Of a DNA stretch of 35,068 bases, positions 27,679-35,068 are shown one piece after another. This DNA is from a virus (lineage: Duplodnaviria; Caudoviricetes). The notes under the pieces are model-generated. The model searched no databases and was not told the origin of the DNA. It saw nothing but the letters and a program-made list of their open reading frames with translations. The DNA is taken from positions 1 through 35,068 of the IMG/VR virus record IMGVR_UViG_3300017744_000057, one strand, 5' to 3'. The translations under genes and the position numbers were made by a program. Positions within the stretch are counted from its first letter, which is position 1. Each line of letters starts with the position of its first letter.

Positions 27679-28265
27679 TCTTTCACCAAATCATTTAATA
27701 ATCTATTGATTTTATCTGCTTTTGTAAAAATGTTTGGTTCTTTGCCTTCTCTAAGCATGAAAGCTCCAGTTGTAGAAGGCTCTGATACCAAATCAAAGCA
27801 GACTAATTGAAAGTCCTCTTGGACAATTGTTTTACCAGATTCTTGTCTGGTAGAGCCTAGACCTCTTGAAGAGATGCCTAATTTGACTCCACCCTTTAAA
27901 AGACCAATGGCTGTTTGCCCTGCTGGTGTATCTAATATTCTGATCTTACCCACAACATCGTCACCATCCATTTTGATCTCTGTAACTAAGTGTGAAGCAT
28001 TCTTAAGTTCAACTACGGAGCTATCGGGATGATCTAACTCACCGACTGCTCTACCTTCGCGAACTAACTTTTGGTAATTCTCTACTTCTCTTTCTAGAAT
28101 TTGCTTTGGGTAGATTCTACCATTACCATTAGTGGCTCCTGCTCGCTGCATAACACCAGCTAGGTAAATCTCTTCGCCTTCTTGTACTGCTTTTCTTTCA
28201 GCTTCAGTAAGAAGGTCAGAGTCTGTTCTAAACTCTAAAAACTCTGTTAAGACTAGTTTACTCAT
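27675..28265 (-). CDS. gp21: Prohead core protease (T4 gp21-like)
   Basis: NGNGRIYP, GELDHP, ASH, GISSRGLGS, FDLVSEPST. Confidence 0.95.
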   Translation of the reverse strand: MSKLVLTEFLEFRTDSDLLTEAERKAVQEGEEIYLAGVMQRAGATNGNGRIYPKQILEREVENYQKLVREGRAVGELDHPDSSVVELKNASHLVTEIKMDGDDVVGKIRILDTPAGQTAIGLLKGGVKLGISSRGLGSTRQESGKTIVQEDFQLVCFDLVSEPSTTGAFMLREGKEPNIFTKADKINRLLNDLVKE

Positions 28266-28455
28266 ATTTATCCATCTCTGCTATCATAGACCGAAGAGCT
28301 AAGACTTGCTCATCTGTAGCTTTACCTAAGTAATCAGCAATGGATGTTCTGGCATCTTTTGCCTGCTCTTGTGGGTCAATTTCTTCCTGAAGGTTTCTAA
28401 CTTCTTCTAGAATAATTTTTGTTAGTTCACCTTTTGTAAGTTGTAACTTATTCAT
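28258..28455 (-). CDS. Hypothetical protein (65 aa)
   Basis: SD AGGAG, overlaps the protease start. Confidence 0.7.
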   Translation of the reverse strand: MNKLQLTKGELTKIILEEVRNLQEEIDPQEQAKDARTSIADYLGKATDEQVLALRSMIAEMDKYE

Positions 28456-28568
28456 TTAGTTCTCCTAGAGCGGGTCGTTACCCGCATGATACACTTTCCT
28501 CGGCAACAATTAGTTGGAGGTCTGAGCATCCAGTGGTTCTCGGTGTAAATGTTAATTTGATTTGACAT
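28452..28568 (-). CDS. Unannotated 38-aa Cys-rich peptide
   Basis: MSNQINIYTENHWMLRPPTNCCRGKCIMRVTTRSRRTK*. AAGGA SD upstream, stop overlaps the next ATG (ATGA), and it fills an otherwise empty gap. Confidence 0.6.
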   Translation of the reverse strand: MSNQINIYTENHWMLRPPTNCCRGKCIMRVTTRSRRTK

Positions 28569-28830
28569 TTATTCCTTCGTCTCCTATCGTCATACATAAA
28601 GCATAACTTGTTCCCGAACTTAGCCAACCACATAAAAGTAAATTAACTAAATTGGTTTCAAAAGTAAATAGTTCAGTCCAAGGCGAAATCAAACAAACTA
28701 ATACACCAGCCCAAAATCCCATACACATGGGACAATGAAAAAAGTGGTGTTTTGGTCTTATTGAATTAAATATAGAGCCGTAGACTAAGACTTGTGTAAG
28801 TCCATAACAGGCTAAAATAAACCATATCAT
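28552..28830 (-). CDS. Small membrane protein with CxxC (DUF1360-like)
   Basis: Three hydrophobic stretches and the motif FFHCPMCMGFW. Confidence 0.6.
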   Translation of the reverse strand: MIWFILACYGLTQVLVYGSIFNSIRPKHHFFHCPMCMGFWAGVLVCLISPWTELFTFETNLVNLLLCGWLSSGTSYALCMTIGDEGINVKSN

Positions 28831-28831
28831 T

Positions 28832-29410
28832 CTAAATCCTGTAAACTAAGCCGTAAGGTTTACCATATGGGCTTGGCATTGTACCTTTTTCAGCTTTCTG
28901 TGGGACTTTGCCGTAAGGTGTAGTCTCATCATCTGGTGGATCAACATACATTTCTTCAACATCTTCAACATAGTCATCCATTTTTGCAAAATCACCACCG
29001 TGATTTTTCATGTAGTCGCTTGTTAAAAGCAATAGAACCTGTAGCACATCTAGTTCTTTATTAACTGGATAGAAGGCTTCTAGAGATCTAAAAACACCGC
29101 CGCCTTTAATTGTACCGGGCTGTAGAGCACCTTTTTCCTGCAAAAATGTTAAGTAGTCGCTTTGCATGTTATAAGTGTCTCTGTTTACATGCTGCTTTGG
29201 CATTGTAATAATTTTATTTTTGAATGGAACAAATACAACATTAAAAAACTTATGATCATAAACAATAATATTATTATCCAATGTCTTTCTAGCATCTAAT
29301 TTGATTGTAAAGATGGGACCTTTGATATCAATAATAATATCTGGTGGGGAATTTGGGTCAATTCCAACAGCCCTGACTGCTTCTTCGCCTACAGTGATTG
29401 CAATAGCCAT
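28832..29410 (-). CDS. Hypothetical protein (192 aa)
   Basis: Translationally coupled ORF in the head module. Confidence 0.75.
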   Translation of the reverse strand: MAIAITVGEEAVRAVGIDPNSPPDIIIDIKGPIFTIKLDARKTLDNNIIVYDHKFFNVVFVPFKNKIITMPKQHVNRDTYNMQSDYLTFLQEKGALQPGTIKGGGVFRSLEAFYPVNKELDVLQVLLLLTSDYMKNHGGDFAKMDDYVEDVEEMYVDPPDDETTPYGKVPQKAEKGTMPSPYGKPYGLVYRI

Positions 29411-30231
29411 TAGCCCTTGATCTCCTTTACTAGTTGCTGAGCCTTAAGGATGAAGACAAGATCGTCTTTCTTTAAAGTTTTCTTAGATCTAAACCCTTCT
29501 AGAAGACTGTGAACCTGTCCGACCTTAGATTTCATTGAATCGTCAGTTTGGAATTCCTCGATTCCCATATTCTCTTTAAGTTCTTCCTTTAATCTCTCTA
29601 GCTCTTCATTGACAAAGATTTTTAGTTCAGTATCGTCGTCTTCTAAGCTGCCCATGTACTTTGAGATTAAAGTTTTTTGTTCAGTCATTAGATTGCCAAA
29701 AGTGTTATTAAACTTTTTGATAAACATCTTAACGACTAGTTCATCAACTGGCTCTTCTTCTTTCTGATTTACTGATGGACTTACCATCTCTTGGATAATT
29801 TTTTTCTCTAGAAGAACTCGGTCCTTTACACCAATGGTATTGTCGTTAAACATTTGGTAGGCTGATGCTAGCGACTTGTAGTTAGAAACATAATTGTTAA
29901 AAACTGTTGGTGCCAACTCATGATTAATCTTGTGAATGGCTGTGGTCTGCTCATCATAGAGAGTTTTCTGGTCAAATGTTGAAAAAACTCTGTGTACTTC
30001 AGCAATAATTTTTTCTGCTGTTAGATAATCAACATCTCTTGTTTCTGTTAAAGCTTTATAAAGTCTTAGCTGCTTGTAAAGCAATCCGTCCTTATTGAAG
30101 ACCTCTTGCATTACTCTTTTTACTCGATTGAGTCTATCCTGATCTTTATGGAGCTTTGCCTTTGCAAACTCTCTCGTTAAAGCTTCAAAAATAAAAGCCG
30201 GGTTTCTTTTTTTGTTGTGTCTAAACTTCAT
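29410..30231 (-). CDS. Hypothetical helical protein downstream of portal
   Basis: Likely start MKFRHNKKRN at 30231 (GGAG/GAGG upstream), overlapping the portal stop. Confidence 0.75.
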   Translation of the reverse strand: MKFRHNKKRNPAFIFEALTREFAKAKLHKDQDRLNRVKRVMQEVFNKDGLLYKQLRLYKALTETRDVDYLTAEKIIAEVHRVFSTFDQKTLYDEQTTAIHKINHELAPTVFNNYVSNYKSLASAYQMFNDNTIGVKDRVLLEKKIIQEMVSPSVNQKEEEPVDELVVKMFIKKFNNTFGNLMTEQKTLISKYMGSLEDDDTELKIFVNEELERLKEELKENMGIEEFQTDDSMKSKVGQVHSLLEGFRSKKTLKKDDLVFILKAQQLVKEIKG

Positions 30232-32170
30232 CCTCTGTCTCCAGTTCATTAACTATTTTATTTGCCCTTTCAGTTAATGATTCTAACTGGGCTGCTAAAC
30301 TATTATAAATAGTTTCTTTATTCTCAACCATTCCACGACCAAGTTGTTTCACATCTTTTGAGGCACCTGCGGTGCTTAAAAAGTTCTTTTTACGACCTGC
30401 GGATTTACGACCATCTTTAAATAGTGGAACTGGTTTGTATCGTTTGCCTTTACCCTTGCCGATGTACATTTCTGAACCATCTTTAAAGGTCATTTTAACG
30501 GGGCTATTCTTATCATCTCTTTTAGCTGCTCCCGGCTCAACTAGGAGCGGAGTTGTTTCCTCTGCTGCTGGTGTTGGTGCCTCCGGTGCTGGTTCTGCTG
30601 GTGTTTCTGGGGCTGGTTCAACAGCAGGTTCTTCGCCGCCTAGCTCTGTTCCCAACTCTGGTGTTGGTTCGGCTCCTAACTCGTCACCTGCTGGTGCTCC
30701 TGATGGAGTATCGAATGCAGGCTCTTCACCACTTGCCTCAAGCGACTTATCAACTTTCTTATCAAAGTATCGTTCTCTCTGGTTTCTAAGGAACTCTTCA
30801 TTATCCAATCCAAAGATGTGTTCGGCAATCCAACGACGGCTAAACATTGTGTCTTGGGCTGCTCCAGCAACTTCAAACTTCTGCTTAATAAACTCAAGCT
30901 CTTGAATCTGAGCTAGCTTGCTTGGGTTATTGAGTGAAAGATCAAAAGAAATAATGTCCTCACCTCTATATCCTAGGGTGTAAAGATGAATAATTCCAAT
31001 CTTTTCTAGTTCTGCGACAACTGATCTCTGTAGTCTCTGAATTGTTCTAGCAAAACGAATGTCCTTCTGGGCTAGAGTTGTTTTCTCTTCAGGCATTTGA
31101 TCTAGCTGTGATAAGTAAGACTTTGGAATCTTAATGGCAGAGAACATCTTATCTCTTAAATAATTTACATCGTCAATGGCGGCAGCATTCTGACCACCTG
31201 GCAGGCTTACAATCTCTGTTGCTGAACCTTGGCGAACTGGTAGGTAATAGTCTTCCTCTACGGACATTGGATTATAACGAAGATCAATTTGTCCGTTATC
31301 GGAGTCTACCAACTGATGTCTTTTCATATTAGTGATGACTTTTTGCATGTATTGTTCAATGTCTTCTGGTGGGATGCCGCCAACATCAATCTTGAAGACT
31401 CTTCTTTCTGGGGCTCTTACAATTCTGTAAGCCATCATCGCATCTTCCATTAGAGTCAACTGTCTCCAAATGCGACGGGCTGATTCTAAAACTGAAGTTC
31501 CATATGGGGCATACTTGTCATTACCAAGAACTCTAAAGTGAGCCATCTGCCAGTTCTCAAAGGTTAATCCACCGTTATTCCACTGGTATTGAATGTAGTT
31601 TGGGTTTGATTTATCCTCGCCTTCTAATCTTTCAATTTCTCTCAATGGGAGACCGATAGCTGAAGTAATGCCCATCTTTTCATCGATGTCTAAGTACAAG
31701 AAGTAATCGCCGTACTTACACATGTTACGACACCAGCTAAACAAGTTAGAATCAATGTTTAAAACATTATAATAAAGTTCTTCAAGAATCGATTTTAATT
31801 CTTCATTATGACAATCAATCTTTAGCAAAGGTGTTAATATGCTGTGAGTGGTCATCTCGTCAGCATAGATATCTAATGCTGATGCTAACTCGGGCATATA
31901 CTCCATTTGATCAAAGTCTAAGTATCTCTCTGCTCGATTGTGATTAACCATAATAGCAGTTTGCATATAATCATATGGATTATAACGAGTCTTTTTGAAG
32001 TCTAATCCTGCTAGTGATTTAAATTTAGTTGAATATTTGTTTAAGTTTCTTCTTCTATCAAGAGCCACCTGTCGTTGATTATAGTTAATAATCGGACCTG
32101 AAAAGATTCTTGTTAGAGCCTTAAAAAGTGGAGAAACATTATTCCTTGGATTTCTTTTTTGGTCTGCCAT
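30221..32170 (-). CDS. gp20: Portal protein (T4 gp20-like)
   Basis: ALDIYADE, YGTSVLE.AR..W.QL.LMEDAM..YRIVRAPERRVF.IDVG, EDYYLPVR, LPGG, DIRFARTI.RLQ. Confidence 0.96.
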   Translation of the reverse strand: MADQKRNPRNNVSPLFKALTRIFSGPIINYNQRQVALDRRRNLNKYSTKFKSLAGLDFKKTRYNPYDYMQTAIMVNHNRAERYLDFDQMEYMPELASALDIYADEMTTHSILTPLLKIDCHNEELKSILEELYYNVLNIDSNLFSWCRNMCKYGDYFLYLDIDEKMGITSAIGLPLREIERLEGEDKSNPNYIQYQWNNGGLTFENWQMAHFRVLGNDKYAPYGTSVLESARRIWRQLTLMEDAMMAYRIVRAPERRVFKIDVGGIPPEDIEQYMQKVITNMKRHQLVDSDNGQIDLRYNPMSVEEDYYLPVRQGSATEIVSLPGGQNAAAIDDVNYLRDKMFSAIKIPKSYLSQLDQMPEEKTTLAQKDIRFARTIQRLQRSVVAELEKIGIIHLYTLGYRGEDIISFDLSLNNPSKLAQIQELEFIKQKFEVAGAAQDTMFSRRWIAEHIFGLDNEEFLRNQRERYFDKKVDKSLEASGEEPAFDTPSGAPAGDELGAEPTPELGTELGGEEPAVEPAPETPAEPAPEAPTPAAEETTPLLVEPGAAKRDDKNSPVKMTFKDGSEMYIGKGKGKRYKPVPLFKDGRKSAGRKKNFLSTAGASKDVKQLGRGMVENKETIYNSLAAQLESLTERANKIVNELETEDEV

Positions 32171-32173
32171 TTT

Positions 32174-33754
32174 TTATCCCTTAAATAACCAAGCAAAATT
32201 TTTATATTGATTTTGCTGTTGTCTTAACTTCTTACTTGGATTAGTATAACCTATTTGACCAGGAATTTTAGTATTAAATTCTTTTTTAGACTTATTTAGG
32301 TTTCCAGCAAAAGCCATTTTGTATTCCATTTCTCTTTTATTGGCTACCAAAGCAATGTCTCTAATCCAACAGCCAATAGCACAAGCCATTACAAGGTCAT
32401 CGTTATAACCTCTCATTGCTTCTGCCCTACCATTGTTCCAAATAAATGTTTTCATTTCGTTTGCTAGTCTATTAGACTTTATTGTAATTAGTTTTGTACG
32501 AATGAACTCTTCAAATTTAGCGATAATTAGTGGTCTAGACTTTGAAGACATTGTTACACCGGGCACAGCATTTGAAGTATTCTGTGCTTCATACATGTCA
32601 ATATAGCTGTGTGAATGCTTTATTGAATAATAAACATTTGGGTGCCTACTTTCTCTTAGTTTGTCCAGCACTGTCATACCAATAGAGTTATTTTCAACCA
32701 CTGTTAAACAAAAGCCATATTCTCTACTTGCCTCAAATATCATCTCTGAATAAACATCCAGAGTTGGTTTGCCTTGATATTCAGCTACTTGAGTCATCGT
32801 GTCTGTTTCAAAAACTTGAAAAGCTGAAAAGTCTTTACCATCGCCACGAGCAACATCAGCTACCAAAACATAATTTTTACCGGGTTCATAAGGCTCCCAA
32901 ATCCAAAAGTTTCTATCGTGACCTGTTTTGTATTTTGGCTCACACAATCCTTGTTGTAATCTTTCTAAGTCTTCACCATGAATAAGTGTTTCACCTGAAA
33001 AGTTAAATGAACATTCAAGTTCTTGTGCGATTTGTCTACGAGACATATTGCGAGTTTCTTTATCGAACCACTCTTGGTCTCTGTCTGGGTGAACTGACCA
33101 GGGGAGACTCATTATGTTAAAGTCATTTTTCCCCTCTTCTGCTTCCGTAAATGTTTTGTGGAACCAATTACCAACACCGTTAGGAGTTGATAAAGCAATA
33201 CAGCGACCACCAGTAGATAGTGTTGGATACAAACCAGTCCATAGTTCATCTAGCCCTTCAATGTGAGCAGCCTCATCGATCACCAGTAAAGTAAGGGCTT
33301 CAGAACGACCAGCATCTCCAGAAGTTGAAGAAGCCTTGATTTGTGAGCCGTTAGCTAGCTCAAAAGAGTTTTTATTGTCTGTGGCAATCTTAGCAATCAT
33401 CATCCAGTCTGGAAGTGATTTCATCATGAACTTTACTTTCTTTACCAAGTTAGACGCTGTACTAAGTTTAGTTGCCACCACTAAGATGTTCTTATCTCTA
33501 TGGAACAGCATCATCCAGCAAATATAAGCTGCTGCTGTTGTGGAAATGCCTAACTGACGACCTTTGTTAATTACATTGAAGCGGTGCTCGTTAAAGCTTT
33601 CGATACAATCTTCTTGGAAATCATATAATTTAAAGGGGATAGTCCCCTCTAATGGGTGAGAGATCCTACAAAAGTTATTAATAAAATAAGCAGGTTCTTT
33701 GCCACATCGAATGATTTCGGCTATTATTTGTTTTTTAGTTAATTTAAAAGCCAT
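32174..33754 (-). CDS. terL: Terminase large subunit (T4 gp17-like)
   Basis: Walker A KGRQLGIST, Walker B LLVIDEAAH, LSTPNG, nuclease motifs ADVARG.G.D.S and NDDLVMA. Confidence 0.96.
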   Translation of the reverse strand: MAFKLTKKQIIAEIIRCGKEPAYFINNFCRISHPLEGTIPFKLYDFQEDCIESFNEHRFNVINKGRQLGISTTAAAYICWMMLFHRDKNILVVATKLSTASNLVKKVKFMMKSLPDWMMIAKIATDNKNSFELANGSQIKASSTSGDAGRSEALTLLVIDEAAHIEGLDELWTGLYPTLSTGGRCIALSTPNGVGNWFHKTFTEAEEGKNDFNIMSLPWSVHPDRDQEWFDKETRNMSRRQIAQELECSFNFSGETLIHGEDLERLQQGLCEPKYKTGHDRNFWIWEPYEPGKNYVLVADVARGDGKDFSAFQVFETDTMTQVAEYQGKPTLDVYSEMIFEASREYGFCLTVVENNSIGMTVLDKLRESRHPNVYYSIKHSHSYIDMYEAQNTSNAVPGVTMSSKSRPLIIAKFEEFIRTKLITIKSNRLANEMKTFIWNNGRAEAMRGYNDDLVMACAIGCWIRDIALVANKREMEYKMAFAGNLNKSKKEFNTKIPGQIGYTNPSKKLRQQQNQYKNFAWLFKG

Positions 33755-33762
33755 TAAGGTAA

Positions 33763-34329
33763 TTAGGATTTACGCCAAAAAGGCTTGTATCCCAATGTCT
33801 TTTTGCGCTTTTCTTCTTTTAGATTTGAGATAAAGTCTTTGTAGAAATTAGCTTCTGATCGCCTGCCGCCTTCTGGCTTTGGATCTTCTTGAGCTTCCAT
33901 CCCACCGATTGTATACATGCCCACGGCTGAAACCATTGTACGAAGCTTGTTCATTGGCTGAATCAGAATGTCAATTTCGCCATCGAGCTTTAAATTGACT
34001 GTAGCACCTGTAGCTTTTTTAGCCTCTTTTTTAACGAACTTAATGATATCAGCCATTCTTTGCTCGATTTCTTGCTGATATTTCTCCAAGCCCATGTGGT
34101 GGATACCACGAAGACCTTTAATGTTCTCTTCGGTGTTGTACTTGACAACTAAAAGATTGCCCTGGATTTTACAATCAAAGCCGTCTATAACACGGCTGTC
34201 TAGGACTGGATTGCCCTCTTCTCTGCGAAGACCGATCTTGATGGGATCACCATTCTCATCAGTTGCTCCGTCGTAGGAGTTTGCCATTGCTGCTGCAATA
34301 CCTTGAATAATTTGTTGAATTTTGTCCAT
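33763..34329 (-). CDS. Hypothetical protein upstream of terminase
   Basis: Likely start MDKIQQ at 34329 (TGATG overlap). The ORF track start is 34350. Confidence 0.7.
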   Translation of the reverse strand: MDKIQQIIQGIAAAMANSYDGATDENGDPIKIGLRREEGNPVLDSRVIDGFDCKIQGNLLVVKYNTEENIKGLRGIHHMGLEKYQQEIEQRMADIIKFVKKEAKKATGATVNLKLDGEIDILIQPMNKLRTMVSAVGMYTIGGMEAQEDPKPEGGRRSEANFYKDFISNLKEEKRKKTLGYKPFWRKS

Positions 34330-34652
34330 CAGTTTTTCTTCCATTCGCATCGCTGGCAGTGTCCTATCTTTTTTATCATAACTTTGTCTTTGTTAGACAT
34401 TTTAAAGCTATGGCAGACAGGGCATTTGTCAGCCTTTCTATCAATAAATAGTTTTGAGGTTATTAAAATACCATCATGTTCACGAGTTGTTGAAGATCTG
34501 CTTTCTTTTTTTGTTTGCTCTTTTAACTGCTCTAGATATTCTTTTTCTTTTTCCTCGTCCCAGTGAGAGGCTGGATTCTCAATTGCTTCTTTGCCCCATC
34601 GTTTTTCAATGGCTTGTTCCATCCTTGCTACTTGATTTAAATCTTTTTTCAT
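34329..34652 (-). CDS. Hypothetical zinc-finger protein (107 aa)
   Basis: CPVC...CQRC near the C-terminus. Confidence 0.7.
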   Translation of the reverse strand: MKKDLNQVARMEQAIEKRWGKEAIENPASHWDEEKEKEYLEQLKEQTKKESRSSTTREHDGILITSKLFIDRKADKCPVCHSFKMSNKDKVMIKKIGHCQRCEWKKN

Positions 34653-35068
34653 TTACTTGCCTGAGCGGCGGCATAAAAGATGCCGATGGATAATCCAACA
34701 CCAGCAACAAAGCCGCCAACAAACCATAACTTAGTATAATCTGGTTTTTGTGATTTTTTAATAACTTCTTCTAATCTTTTTACTTCGGCATTCTTGAGTC
34801 TCATAAGCTCATCGAACTTTTTCTTGCCTGTGTCTCTTTCAATAGTAATAAGTCTTTTTTCAAAATTACATTCGGCTGTAATCTTTTTTATTGAGAAGTC
34901 TTTATTCATCTCGCAAATCTTAACGGCACTTTCTCTTTTTGCTGTCATTGTTGCTTCTGCGGACTTGTCTAATAGTATACCACTGAATGGTGCTCTTTGA
35001 CCTTTCTTTATAGCGGCAATTTTACCATTAGCGAAGCAAGTTATTGGAAATAAAGTTATTAATAAGAT
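34649..35068 (-). CDS. Membrane-anchored coiled-coil protein, partial (start beyond window)
   Basis: The frame stays open to the edge: ILLITLFPITCFANGKIAAIKKGQRAPFSGILLDK... It has a signal-peptide-like N-terminus and a C-terminal TM helix (LWFVGGFVAGVGLSIGIFYAA). Confidence 0.7.
   Translation of the reverse strand: MLLITLFPITCFANGKIAAIKKGQRAPFSGILLDKSAEATMTAKRESAVKICEMNKDFSIKKITAECNFEKRLITIERDTGKKKFDELMRLKNAEVKRLEEVIKKSQKPDYTKLWFVGGFVAGVGLSIGIFYAAAQASK

Noticed and set aside
4853-30897. Short minus-strand alternative-frame ORFs (4853-5143, 8312-8494, 11638-11838, 16556-16792, 19243-19431, 23838-24104, 30676-30897)
   Set aside because: They are nested in or heavily overlapping strong genes, with no motif, RBS or slippery site noticed.
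1-33754. Inteins, group I introns or homing endonucleases in terL, helicase, uvsX, polA or nrdJ
   Set aside because: Protein lengths are normal or short, motifs are contiguous, and no splice or endonuclease motifs were seen.
457-35000. All plus-strand ORFs in the track (e.g. 9478-10068, 12858-13313, 24062-24466, 27317-27709, 30372-30905)
   Set aside because: They are antisense shadows of well-supported minus-strand genes, with no recognisable motifs.
1-35068. Stop-codon reassignment (alternative genetic code)
   Set aside because: Genes are full length under code 11. TAA, TAG (portal, 192-aa ORF) and TGA all act as stops at sensible junctions.
1-35068. tRNAs, CRISPR arrays, DGR repeats, IS elements
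   Set aside because: Intergenic gaps are short and explained by promoters or terminators. No cloverleaf or repeat-spacer pattern was seen by eye.

Overview
A 35-kb segment of a large T4-like myovirus genome. All credible genes lie on the minus strand, use the standard code and are tightly packed. In transcription order (right to left) come a head module, a neck/tail module and a replication/recombination module. Head: terminase large subunit, portal, small unknown genes, prohead protease, phage ribosomal protein bS21, LamG-like protein, scaffold, major capsid protein and a putative decoration protein. Neck/tail: gp13/gp14/gp15-like, sheath, two tubes, gp26-like chaperone plus a gp51-like frame, tape measure, baseplate proteins. 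Replication: a compact family-A DNA polymerase-like protein, a divergent tubulin/FtsZ-like protein, gp32-like SSB, UvsX/RecA, 5' nuclease, DnaB-like helicase and a class II ribonucleotide reductase that runs off the left edge and is missing from the ORF track. Two promoter classes are readable by eye: extended sigma70-type promoters (CTTGACW-N17-TANNAT with TGn) serving the replication genes, and a recurrent ACTATTTA motif ahead of virion genes (candidate late promoter). The most unusual signals are the thumb-less PolA plus degenerate tubulin at the head of the early operon, a probable +1/-2 frameshift in the tail chaperone, a hairpin overlapping both a promoter and an RBS, and an unannotated 38-aa Cys-rich ORF. 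All assignments come from motif recognition and synteny by eye, with no database searches.
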